A stretch of 64,000 nucleotides of DNA from Candidatus Latescibacterota bacterium (GTDB lineage: Bacteria > Latescibacterota > UBA2968), in the NCBI GenBank assembly GCA_965116885.1, contig OZ220741.1, forward strand, positions 2,560,001 through 2,624,000. The letters run 5' to 3'. The notes under the pieces were generated by a model, which was not told the DNA's origin, searched no databases, and saw nothing but the letters and a program-made list of their open reading frames with translations. Position numbers and translations under genes: made by a program. Shown piece after piece: positions 19,084 through 27,695 of this stretch; position 1 is the stretch's first letter; each line of letters begins with the position of its first letter.

Positions 19084-19667
19084 TGGGATTCTTTTTTTGG
19101 GTAAATGACATCGAGGACGGTGAGAACTCTCTTGACGCCCGCGTTTAAGGCGCGCACCGATAGGGTTGCGCCACTGATGCCGATGATGTCGCGGTTGAGA
19201 CGAATGTGATGATTGACATTTTTATTTCTATATTGGGTCAAGAACCGCTGGCGCTTGACCTGACCGCCTCGCGATTCGCGATAGACCATGATCCATACAC
19301 CGCCAACGCGGTGGTCGGGTTTGACCTTGACGATGAAGGTGATGGGTTTGTAGAGGCCAATTTGATTCGCGATGATCGCGTATCCCTGATGTCGGTCATT
19401 TTTTTTTGCCTGAAAAATCGTGAAATCGGGTTCTTCGAGGCGCCACCCCAACCGCCGTTCAATGCGCCGCCGTTCTTGTGGGGTTGGGGTCCAGACTTCG
19501 CTCCAGAGCGTGTCTGCATCTGGGAAGGCTTTTTTTAGAGCCTGTTCTTCTGTGAGATATACAGTGATAGCCTCTGGGCCATCGGGACCCTGCGCGAATC
19601 CGAGTCCCGACAGGAGGCAGACCATGATACAGAGCACGTACTTATTTTTTATCACTGTTTTCTCCAA
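19080..19667 (-). CDS. FMN-binding domain protein (extracytosolic flavinylation substrate)
   Basis: Signal peptide; YRESRGGQV; DIIGISGATLS matches the [S/T]GA[S/T] flavinylation motif. Confidence 0.85.
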   Translation of the reverse strand: MEKTVIKNKYVLCIMVCLLSGLGFAQGPDGPEAITVYLTEEQALKKAFPDADTLWSEVWTPTPQERRRIERRLGWRLEEPDFTIFQAKKNDRHQGYAIIANQIGLYKPITFIVKVKPDHRVGGVWIMVYRESRGGQVKRQRFLTQYRNKNVNHHIRLNRDIIGISGATLSVRALNAGVKRVLTVLDVIYPKKESQ

Positions 19668-19676
19668 CTCCTTTTT

Positions 19677-20795
19677 TTAGAAATACGATGCAATCGAAAA
19701 GAAGAGGCGTCCAATGCCGTCGCCTTTGTCGCCATTTGCCGGGGTCTTATAGGTGGTGTTGTAATCCAGCTTGAAAGCCGTGTCTTCAACGGGGCGGAAG
19801 TTCAAACCAAAGGTGATCCCGTATTCCGAATCGCCACTTACCGAGGTATCAAAATCGACCCAGTCCCAGCGCGCGATGGCTGTGAACACGGATTCTGACA
19901 AGAAATGATCGTGCCCAAAATGAAAGTTGGTTTGTGCATAAGCACCGCGCTGGTCGCCATTAAATCCATCGGCGGTGGCTTGTCCGTATTCGCCCTGAAG
20001 TTCAAAGGGTCCCTGTGTAAATTGCGCGTCGGCTCCGAAGATGGAGAGGCGGTTGTTGCCCGCATCGTCGTATTTGCCCGTGTGAAGAGATGCGCCGAGG
20101 TCAATGCCCAGTCGCGGGCTGAAGCCGAATCGTCCGACGAGTGCTTTGTCGTGGTTGTTGTCCGATTTTTGGCTGCCCCGTCCGCTTCGAATGCGGAGAT
20201 TGCCGCTGGAGTTGACTTTTTCGTTGAATCCGTTGACGAGGTAGATTTCATAGGTTGCTACGGAGAGTTCAGAGGGGTAAAAGGTGCCAAAGAAGCCCAT
20301 TCCCGCTTCTGAGAGGGTGGATGGCATGATCTGACGGTTCACGGTGGGGCGTTCGGTGAGGTCGTTGAGCGGGCTATCGTGCAAGAGGTTGAAGCGCCCA
20401 AGTGGAGAGAGTATGACACCGCCCCGATAGTTGAAGGCTTCTGTAAAGGTGAAGTCCATGATGGCGAATTCGAGTTTGATTTCGCCATCGGTGTTGCTGC
20501 TGCCTTTGACGAGCCCCCCGTGTTCAAATTCGATTTCGCATGAAACGTGAATTCGGTCGGTGATTTCCGAAAAGATGAAGGGGATAAAACGGTGCTGGTC
20601 AAAGGTGCTGTCTTTTCCTTCTGTCCATTCAAATTCGTGGTCAATATATCCGCCGATAGCTACATTTCTGCCCATGCGTTTGATATAGGGTTTGTCGTAT
20701 ATGCTGCCGGGCAATTCGGGCCGTTTGTTTTCTTCGGCTATGGTGGGTAGTGCGAGTGTGAGAGATAAGAACGAAACGAGCAGTTTGAAGCGCAT
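19677..20795 (-). CDS. Outer-membrane porin, second paralogue
   Basis: Signal peptide from MRFKLL (SD AGGAG); GGYIDHE; EIEFEHGG; GRFNLLHD; terminal YF. Confidence 0.8.
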   Translation of the reverse strand: MRFKLLVSFLSLTLALPTIAEENKRPELPGSIYDKPYIKRMGRNVAIGGYIDHEFEWTEGKDSTFDQHRFIPFIFSEITDRIHVSCEIEFEHGGLVKGSSNTDGEIKLEFAIMDFTFTEAFNYRGGVILSPLGRFNLLHDSPLNDLTERPTVNRQIMPSTLSEAGMGFFGTFYPSELSVATYEIYLVNGFNEKVNSSGNLRIRSGRGSQKSDNNHDKALVGRFGFSPRLGIDLGASLHTGKYDDAGNNRLSIFGADAQFTQGPFELQGEYGQATADGFNGDQRGAYAQTNFHFGHDHFLSESVFTAIARWDWVDFDTSVSGDSEYGITFGLNFRPVEDTAFKLDYNTTYKTPANGDKGDGIGRLFFSIASYF

Positions 20796-20835
20796 GCTTT
20801 TCTCCTGTGTAAAACACAAGACCATTCAAAGTGGG

Positions 20836-20946
20836 TTGACATGGTGCGCGAGAAACCCTACTTTGAATGTGAGTTGTGCTTTTGGTGTGACTCAGACCAT
20901 CTTCCGCCGGGCTGGCAGGCTCTTAAAGCGGGAGGTGGTCTTTTTT
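20836..20946 (+). ncRNA. Candidate antisense small RNA 3 with its own sigma-70 promoter
   Basis: TTGACA(20836)-N17-TACTTT(20859). Hairpin TGAGTTGTGC-TTTTG-GTGTGACTCA. Terminator AGACCATCTTCCGC...GCGGGAGGTGGTCT followed by a T-run. Confidence 0.6.
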
Positions 20947-21070
20947 GTTTGGTGGTCTATAAAAATGTTTTACTAACAAAACACTCGCCCAACAAATAAA
21001 ACAAGTGTTGGGCTTATGTCAATATTTTTTTAATAATTCAGGGGATATGTCAACATATTTTTTAATAACT
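20941..21070 (-). promoter_or_regulatory. Promoter/operator block of the iron operon (copy A of a ~130-bp duplication)
   Basis: Minus-strand TTGACA; inverted repeats CCCAACA-N11-TGTTGGG and TGTTTT-N6-AAAACA; homologous to 22689-22820. Confidence 0.7.
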
Positions 21071-21305
21071 GATGTTACGCAGTTTGTCGAAAAGTACGCC
21101 ATTTTTGCACAATAATATAGAGTTCTGTGTAAGATCAGTTATTAGTCTATTCCGATTTTTAGTTGGAAAGCACCAGAATGAATGAGTGAATCATCCGTAC
21201 ACTAAAATCGGTCGGGCCACCAAACGTGTGGATGACCGGGTGGAAAGAGAGCTTCCAGTACAGGAATAATTTCCTCTGTTATTCTCACACATTACATTTG
21301 GGACT

Positions 21306-22025
21306 TCAGAGTCGCTCATTCGCTGTCGATTCCCGGTTTTGCATCGCCACGAAATGGCGTTCCACCCGGCCTGTCGCCAACATCGTACCGATGAGCAGTA
21401 ACCATAGAACGAAGGCTGGCCCACTGAAATGATGCATACCGATCACTGCGTCTGTCCATATAAATTGCATGGCGATGCCGATAACTGCAGATGCGGGTGC
21501 GACATATCTGAGTTGACCGCCGACTTTCCACTGGTACCGCGCCGCGAGGATGAGTGCCAATCCAGCTGCCGAGAAACCGATTTTGCCGGTGAACCATCGA
21601 AGGTATTCGGTCGTCTCTGCCGTGGCGGTCACTTCTGGAGCAATGGCAACAAGCGCGATTGTACACGCCCCGGAAATGATCGTAAAAAGTCCAGACACAG
21701 CGAACAGCACCGGTACCAGAGGCGTACCCAGTCGCTCCTTGATAATCCAGGTTCTCGACAAAAACCACGCACCTGCAACCAGCGCAACCCCCGAGAGCAG
21801 CCTGCCGACACCTCCCGTAGCGTAAAGGCCACCACTCTCTGAGATCGCGACGAGCGATTCAGCAAACGTGGATTGATCCGCGTCGGCAGCGACTCGTCCA
21901 ATAACGGCAACACCTGTTGCTAATGCAGTCAATATCAGAGATAGCCCTCCTTTGCGAGTGCTGGCATCCTGTGGCCGATCAACTATCTCCTCGCCCGAAG
22001 TTGATGGATGCGATGATTCTTTCAT
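21306..22025 (-). CDS. Integral membrane protein (DUF4386-like)
   Basis: About 6 hydrophobic segments; SD AAGGAG; C-terminal FVLWLLLIG. Confidence 0.6.
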   Translation of the reverse strand: MKESSHPSTSGEEIVDRPQDASTRKGGLSLILTALATGVAVIGRVAADADQSTFAESLVAISESGGLYATGGVGRLLSGVALVAGAWFLSRTWIIKERLGTPLVPVLFAVSGLFTIISGACTIALVAIAPEVTATAETTEYLRWFTGKIGFSAAGLALILAARYQWKVGGQLRYVAPASAVIGIAMQFIWTDAVIGMHHFSGPAFVLWLLLIGTMLATGRVERHFVAMQNRESTANERL

Positions 22026-22058
22026 AGTGATTACTCCTTTTATGTGGGTACAGCGGAG

Positions 22059-22628
22059 TCAATCCGTCCAGTTCAGCACCTCTTCGAGAGGTTTGCGCCT
22101 CGGTTCAGGTATTTCATCGGGATATCCGGTATAGAAAAATCCGATGATGTATTCGTCCTCGGTATCTACACCCAACAATTTGTAGGTGTTTTCTTCCAGC
22201 GTGATCGGCCCCGTGCTCCACTGCATGCCAACCCCTTCTGCCCAGGCGGCCAACTGTACATTTTGCATGGCGCAACACGCAGCCGCATAATCTTCTCTGT
22301 TCTTGATGTCATCGCCATCTTGCAAACACACCACCGCAATAATTGTGGGCTTTGACATGAACTTGTCATAACCGGCATCTTTTAATATGCGCCTGGCCTC
22401 GTCGCTGGCACCTTCAGCCGCTTTTGCCTCCTGAATTTCGCTGTAGCGTTGCGCCAGTATTTCTTTGGTTTCTTCTCCCAGGACTACAAACCGCCACGGT
22501 TCTGTCAAATGGTGATTGGGTGCCCAAAGACCGGCCTCAAAAGTTTTTTCAATCACATCTTTGGGCACACCACCCGGTTTGAACTTAAAAATTGTGCGCC
22601 GTGTGTGAATGGCTTCCAAAACGTCCAT
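22059..22628 (-). CDS. Nitroreductase family protein
   Basis: AIHTRRTIFKF; WAPNHHLTEPWRF; AMQNVQLAAWAEGVG. Confidence 0.92.
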   Translation of the reverse strand: MDVLEAIHTRRTIFKFKPGGVPKDVIEKTFEAGLWAPNHHLTEPWRFVVLGEETKEILAQRYSEIQEAKAAEGASDEARRILKDAGYDKFMSKPTIIAVVCLQDGDDIKNREDYAAACCAMQNVQLAAWAEGVGMQWSTGPITLEENTYKLLGVDTEDEYIIGFFYTGYPDEIPEPRRKPLEEVLNWTD

Positions 22629-22688
22629 TGCTTGCCTCCTGTTGGGTTTCGGTAAAAGAAAGTCTTAAAGTTTGGTTTGGTAGTAATC

Positions 22689-22820
22689 TTTTTTGTTTTG
22701 TGAACTATAGAATTGTTTTGCTGGTAAAACAATCGCCCAACAAACAAAACAAATGTTGGGTATATGTCAACAATTTTTTTAATAGTTTAGAGGATAAAGC
22801 AACATTTTTTTAATAATTAG
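22689..22820 (-). promoter_or_regulatory. Promoter/operator block (copy B) upstream of the nitroreductase
   Basis: Same CCCAACA-N11-TGTTGGG, TGTTTT-N6-AAAACA, TGTCAA and ATTTTTTAATA elements as 20941-21070. Confidence 0.7.
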
Positions 22821-22844
22821 CCGTCAGTGGTCAGCAAAAATCTC

Positions 22845-22950
22845 CTGGATCGCAGTTCGGCCCTGTCCCTGCGGGAGTAAGCAGGGGATCTTGCCGCGAT
22901 GACGATCGCTATGCCCGTTGTCACGCCTGCATGCCTTAAGCAGGCGTCCA
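22845..22950. repeat. GTCA...TCCA palindromic repeat pair
   Basis: CTGGATCGC...GCCGCGATGAC and GTCACGCCTGC-ATGCCTTAA-GCAGGCGTCCA; related to 1791-1822. Confidence 0.6.
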
Positions 22951-23052
22951 AAAAGAGGGAGGCTGATCGCTCTTGGCTCATCACTTTACACTTTGCACTT
23001 TGTACATAACCGTCTATTTTGCAGAGGAGTTTTGGCAATGAGGAGGTACGAA

Positions 23053-24030
23053 ATGTCTGAAAGGTTGAAGGTCGCTGTTATTGGTGCGAGTGGCATTGGA
23101 CAGCACCACGCGCGATGGCACCATTTGTCGGGGTCTCGAGTGGTGGCATTTGTGGGTACTTCGGAAGAATCGTGTGCAAAGACCCGATCGCAATTGCAGG
23201 CGTATTTTGGCTTTGATGGGCACGCATATACGGATGTGGCACACATGCTGGCGACTGAACAGCCCGATGTAGTCGATGTTTCAAGTCCTTTTAATTTGCA
23301 CAGAGACCATGCAATTATGGCTCTGGAAAGTGGGTGCCATGTGGTGTGTGAAAAGCCCTTGTGTTGGGATGTGGATAGGGATTTGGACGATATTCTGGCA
23401 GATGGACAGGCTGTGGTGCGTGCGGCGGAACAGGCGGGGAAGTCGCTGGTGATGTCTGCACAGTATCCCGCGGGGATTTCAGTTTATCGCGATTTTTACG
23501 CGCGTGTGCGGGGGGCGTGGGATAAGGTTGAATCGCTTGAGATGGAGATGGAGGTGAAGGGGCGGGGGGGACCAAAGACGCGGGAAGCTATCTGGATTGA
23601 TGTGGCTTCCCATCCGCTGAGTTTGGTTCTGGGGTTTTTGCCAGGGGGAGAAATCGATTGGACAACGGTCTCATGTGCAATAGGCGAGCGGGAAAATCGC
23701 GCGGGTTTTGAGGTAGTTACGCCCAGTGGACGGTGCGATGTGCGGTTTGTTTTGCGCGATATCGATGAGGGGGTGCCTGCGCGGCAATTTGGCGTGAATG
23801 GCTTTTTGGTGAATTGGGAAGGGTTTGCCGATGAGGAGGGTATTTATCGCGCGCGATTGGTCCACGGAGACGAGGCTGTGATTTGTGACGATTTTATGCA
23901 TATTTTAATCGATGAATTTGGCAAGTATGTGCGCGGCGAAGGTGGGCGGGTTGTTGTTTCTGGCGCGGATGCGTTGGTGAATTTACAGTATCAAATTGCT
24001 CTGTTAAAGCTGGCGGAGTGGCCTGTATGA
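23053..24030 (+). CDS. Gfo/Idh/MocA family oxidoreductase
   Basis: VAVIGASGIG; VVCEKP; SD AGGAGG before ATG 23053. Confidence 0.88.
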   Translation: MSERLKVAVIGASGIGQHHARWHHLSGSRVVAFVGTSEESCAKTRSQLQAYFGFDGHAYTDVAHMLATEQPDVVDVSSPFNLHRDHAIMALESGCHVVCEKPLCWDVDRDLDDILADGQAVVRAAEQAGKSLVMSAQYPAGISVYRDFYARVRGAWDKVESLEMEMEVKGRGGPKTREAIWIDVASHPLSLVLGFLPGGEIDWTTVSCAIGERENRAGFEVVTPSGRCDVRFVLRDIDEGVPARQFGVNGFLVNWEGFADEEGIYRARLVHGDEAVICDDFMHILIDEFGKYVRGEGGRVVVSGADALVNLQYQIALLKLAEWPV

Positions 24031-24770
24031 GTGCAGATATTGGGGTGGTGATTACCACGCATAATTACGGGCATTATCTCGCCGCGTGTTTGGAATCGGT
24101 TTTGTCACAGACGCTTTTGCCCCGTCAGGTGGTGGTGGTTGACGATGCGAGTGAAGATAATGCGGCAGATGTTGTGGCATCTTTTTCCGATGTGCAGTAC
24201 TGTCGCGTGGATTTTCGCAATGGCAACCGCGCTCGGAATTTTGGGTTTTTGAAGGTTTCGACTCCTTATGTCGCGTTTTTTGATGCCGATAATGTGATGA
24301 TGCCGCGTTTTCTATATGTGCTTTACGGTGCGTTGCAAGAGGTTCCCCGCGCGGTTTATGCTTATGGTGATCGCATTGTGTTTGCCGACGGCGATTTACA
24401 GCAGGGCGAACGCGAGGTGTCTGGCCCGTTTGACGTGCGGCGATTGCGCGCGGGAAATTATATCGATCTCGCCGCGTTGATTCGAGCTGATCGCTTTCCC
24501 GGATTTGATCCCGATGTGCGCCGATATCAGGATTGGGATTTGTGGTTGAATATCGCGCTCAAACAGGGGGGGATTGGGCAGTATGTGCCCGGGGCATTAT
24601 ATTATTATCGGGTGCATGCTCAAAGTGTAAGCCAGCGCGAAGATAGAGACCGGGCTATGTGGCGTATCCGCAGAAAATATCGTCTCGGATGGGGTGCGCT
24701 GCCCTTGCTGCGCCATTCTTTCAAGCTCTATCAACTCGCGCGGAAGACGAAGTCGGTGTGGACGGGGTGA
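24027..24770 (+). CDS. Glycosyltransferase family 2
   Basis: VVITTHNY; VVVDDAS; ARNFG; FFDAD; QDWDLWL. Confidence 0.92.
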   Translation: MSADIGVVITTHNYGHYLAACLESVLSQTLLPRQVVVVDDASEDNAADVVASFSDVQYCRVDFRNGNRARNFGFLKVSTPYVAFFDADNVMMPRFLYVLYGALQEVPRAVYAYGDRIVFADGDLQQGEREVSGPFDVRRLRAGNYIDLAALIRADRFPGFDPDVRRYQDWDLWLNIALKQGGIGQYVPGALYYYRVHAQSVSQREDRDRAMWRIRRKYRLGWGALPLLRHSFKLYQLARKTKSVWTG

Positions 24771-24802
24771 GCGGTTGGAGGGAACTTCTGACCGCTGCCA
24801 TC

Positions 24803-24831
24803 TTGACATGATGCGGTGTAGGCGTTACTTT
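24803..24831 (+). promoter_or_regulatory. Sigma-70 promoter of sucA
   Basis: TTGACA-N17-TACTTT. Confidence 0.65.
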
Positions 24832-24884
24832 TTTCGGGTGTGTACATATACTCAATAAGGGCATTCATAAAAGTGGAGATTGCC

Positions 24885-27683
24885 ATGTCATTCGATATTG
24901 CTGCAATTGCCAATGCCGATTATATCGACGCGATGTATGAGAAATACAAACAAGACCCAGATCTGGTGGATGAAAGATGGCATATATTTTTTGCGGGTTT
25001 TGATTTGGGGGTGCAGCGCGATGGTGCCGACATGACTCCAGATGCGTCAGATGAAAGCCAGGCGGAGAAAGAGGCGATGGCGTTTCTCGACGCTTATGAC
25101 ACCTTGGAGGAATATACCCGTATGGATGCGAATAGGCAGCAGGGGGCTATGGCTCTGGTCAATGCCTATCGCACATGGGGGCACCTTGTCGCCGATATCG
25201 CGCCGATGAGTTATACGCGTCCGCCGTATCCGTTGTTGGAGTTGTCTGAATACGGCTTTACAGAAGAGGACCTGGATCAAATTGTCGGCAATGGCGGATT
25301 TCTCGGTCCTACGGACGGGACGTTGCGCGACCTCGTTGCAAAGCTCAGGCAAACATACTGCGGTTCTGTGGCGGTAGAATATACGGACATTCCGTATAAG
25401 AGCCAGCACGAGTGGCTGGAACAGCACATGGAGCCGATATTAAATCGGCCGAAACTTAGCGCAGAACAATGCCGAGACCTGCTGAAAAAATTGATTGAGG
25501 CACAGGAGTTTGAACAATTTTTGCACGTTAAATATATTGGGAGAAAGCGATTTTCTATTGAGGGCGGCGAAGCACTTATCCCGATGTTGCACGCGCTTAT
25601 TGAAACGGGAGCTGCGTTAAATGTCCAGGAAATGGTGATGGGGATGGCGCATCGCGGCAGGCTCAATGTGCTCTCGCATATCATGCAAAAGCCCTATCCG
25701 GAGATATTCAGTGAGTTTGAGGGCGTTGAGGTGGGGCGCTCCGAGGGGTCGGGCGATGTAAAATACCACATGGGATTCGCCCATGAGTATGTCACGCGCG
25801 ATGGTCACACGGTGCATTTGGGTTTGACGCCCAACCCGAGTCACCTCGAATTGGTCAATCCCGTGATTGAGGGCATTGTTTGTACGAAGCAAGAGACAAA
25901 AGGCGATGTTCAGCACGAGCATATCGTACCGCTGATCATTCACGGCGATGCCGCTTTTGCCGGGCAGGGCATTGTGCCAGAGACGATTTGTTTGTCCCAT
26001 CTGGATGGCTATGATAATGGGGGTACGATTCACATTGTTGTGAATAACCAGATCGGTTTTACTGCGTTGCCCCGGGAGTCCCGTTTTACAGCGTATCCAA
26101 CAGATGTGGCGAAGATTGTTAAGATGCCCATTTTTCACGTCAATGCCGATGACCCCGAAGCTGTGGTACACGCGGCGCGCATGGCTATGGCTTATCGCCA
26201 GGCAGTGAAAAATGATGTGATTATCGACCTGTGGTGTTATCGCCGATACGGCCACAATGAATCCGACGATCCGGCTTTTACACAGCCTCTGCAATCTGCT
26301 GAAATCGCCGGGCATCCAACGGTTGTCGATCTGTATTCGAGGCGTTTGATTGAGCAAAATATCGCAACAGAAGATGATGTCGATGCGATGAAGCAGGCTG
26401 TGCGTGAGAAACTCGAGGCGGCATTCGTCGATGCGAAAAATCAAAAGACAAAACCGCGCGAGCCAAGATTTGGAGGCGCGTGGAAGGGGTTTGGGAAGGC
26501 GGGCGCAGATCGCACGGCAAAAACTGCGGTAAGCAGAGAAATATTGATTGATATTGCCGAAAAGGCGACGACGGTGCCCGAGGGATTTAACGCCTATCGC
26601 AAATTGGTGCGCCAACTCGATTACCGCATGCAAATGGTCCACGGTCAGGTGGGTATGGACTGGGGCTGTGCGGAGATGCTCGCGTTTGGCAGTTTGTTGG
26701 TCGATGGATTTCCGGTGCGATTGGCCGGGCAAGATTCACAACGGGGGACATTTAGCCACAGGCAAGCGGTGTGGCACGATATCGAAAATGGCGCGATTTA
26801 TTCACCGCTGAACCATCTATCGGATGGTCAGGGTGGTTTCAGGGTTTATAATACCATGCTTTCGGAGTTGGCGGTGCTGGGCTTTGAGTTTGGCGTGAGT
26901 TATGCCAATCCCAATAAATTGACGATCTGGGAAGCCCAGTTTGGCGATTTTGCCAATGGCGCGCAGATGATTATCGATCAGTTTATTTCCAGTTCTGAGG
27001 CCAAATGGCAAAAGATGAGCGGACTGGTGATGCTGTTGCCACATGGGTTTGAAGGCCAGGGGCCAGAGCATTCGAGCGCGCGGTTAGAGCGTTTTCAGGC
27101 GCTGTGTGCCGAAGACAATATGCAGGTGGGCTGTCCCACGTTGCCCGCGCAGTATTTTCATTTGCTGCGTCGCCAGATGCTGCGCGCATTTCGCAAGCCT
27201 CTCGTTTTGATGATGCCAAAGAGTTTGTTGCGGCTCAAAGGATCAACCTCAACGCTCGAGGATTTGTCCGAGGGGGCGTTTTATCCCGTTTTAGACGATC
27301 CCGCACAGCCCGATCCCGGCGGTGTGAAGCGCGTTGTTTTTTGTACGGGAAAGGTTTTTTTTGATCTTAAAGAAGGGCGGGACAAAAAGGGCGAGGAACG
27401 GCTCGCACTGGTGCGGATTGAGGAGCACTATCCCTTTCCGTGGGATGAGGTGGGTGCTATACTCGAGAAATACGGCGATGCGGATATTTTTTGGGGACAA
27501 GAAGAGCCGCAAAATATGGGTAGTTGGGATTTTATGGAGCCAAAACTCCGCCGATTGCTCGATAACAAAGAGCCCGTGCGCTATCTGGGTCGAAAGCCCA
27601 CGGCTGCAACGGCCACGGGTATTCAGTCGGTGCATTTGGCCGAACAGCAAGAGATCGTGGAGATGGCTCTGGATTTTTCTTAG
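24885..27683 (+). CDS. sucA: 2-oxoglutarate dehydrogenase E1
   Basis: KRFSIEGGE; GMAHRGRLNVL; GDVKYH; HGDAAFAGQG; WEAQFGDFANGAQ; GPEHSSARLERF. Confidence 0.97.
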   Translation: MSFDIAAIANADYIDAMYEKYKQDPDLVDERWHIFFAGFDLGVQRDGADMTPDASDESQAEKEAMAFLDAYDTLEEYTRMDANRQQGAMALVNAYRTWGHLVADIAPMSYTRPPYPLLELSEYGFTEEDLDQIVGNGGFLGPTDGTLRDLVAKLRQTYCGSVAVEYTDIPYKSQHEWLEQHMEPILNRPKLSAEQCRDLLKKLIEAQEFEQFLHVKYIGRKRFSIEGGEALIPMLHALIETGAALNVQEMVMGMAHRGRLNVLSHIMQKPYPEIFSEFEGVEVGRSEGSGDVKYHMGFAHEYVTRDGHTVHLGLTPNPSHLELVNPVIEGIVCTKQETKGDVQHEHIVPLIIHGDAAFAGQGIVPETICLSHLDGYDNGGTIHIVVNNQIGFTALPRESRFTAYPTDVAKIVKMPIFHVNADDPEAVVHAARMAMAYRQAVKNDVIIDLWCYRRYGHNESDDPAFTQPLQSAEIAGHPTVVDLYSRRLIEQNIATEDDVDAMKQAVREKLEAAFVDAKNQKTKPREPRFGGAWKGFGKAGADRTAKTAVSREILIDIAEKATTVPEGFNAYRKLVRQLDYRMQMVHGQVGMDWGCAEMLAFGSLLVDGFPVRLAGQDSQRGTFSHRQAVWHDIENGAIYSPLNHLSDGQGGFRVYNTMLSELAVLGFEFGVSYANPNKLTIWEAQFGDFANGAQMIIDQFISSSEAKWQKMSGLVMLLPHGFEGQGPEHSSARLERFQALCAEDNMQVGCPTLPAQYFHLLRRQMLRAFRKPLVLMMPKSLLRLKGSTSTLEDLSEGAFYPVLDDPAQPDPGGVKRVVFCTGKVFFDLKEGRDKKGEERLALVRIEEHYPFPWDEVGAILEKYGDADIFWGQEEPQNMGSWDFMEPKLRRLLDNKEPVRYLGRKPTAATATGIQSVHLAEQQEIVEMALDFS

Positions 27684-27695
27684 GGAGGCGCGTAC

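Noticed and set aside
18290..20925. Cobalamin or NiCo riboswitch, suggested by fragments such as GCCTGCC, GACTTGCC and GCCGGG
   Set aside because: No B12-box or four-way-junction core could be assembled, and the structures favour the strand opposite to the downstream genes. An Rfam scan should still confirm this.
25617..26732. Long antisense ORFs (also 1792..2955, 15901..16815, 38239..39345, 39672..40982, 48556..49380)
   Set aside because: They lie opposite well-supported genes, show no recognisable motifs, and are expected from codon bias.
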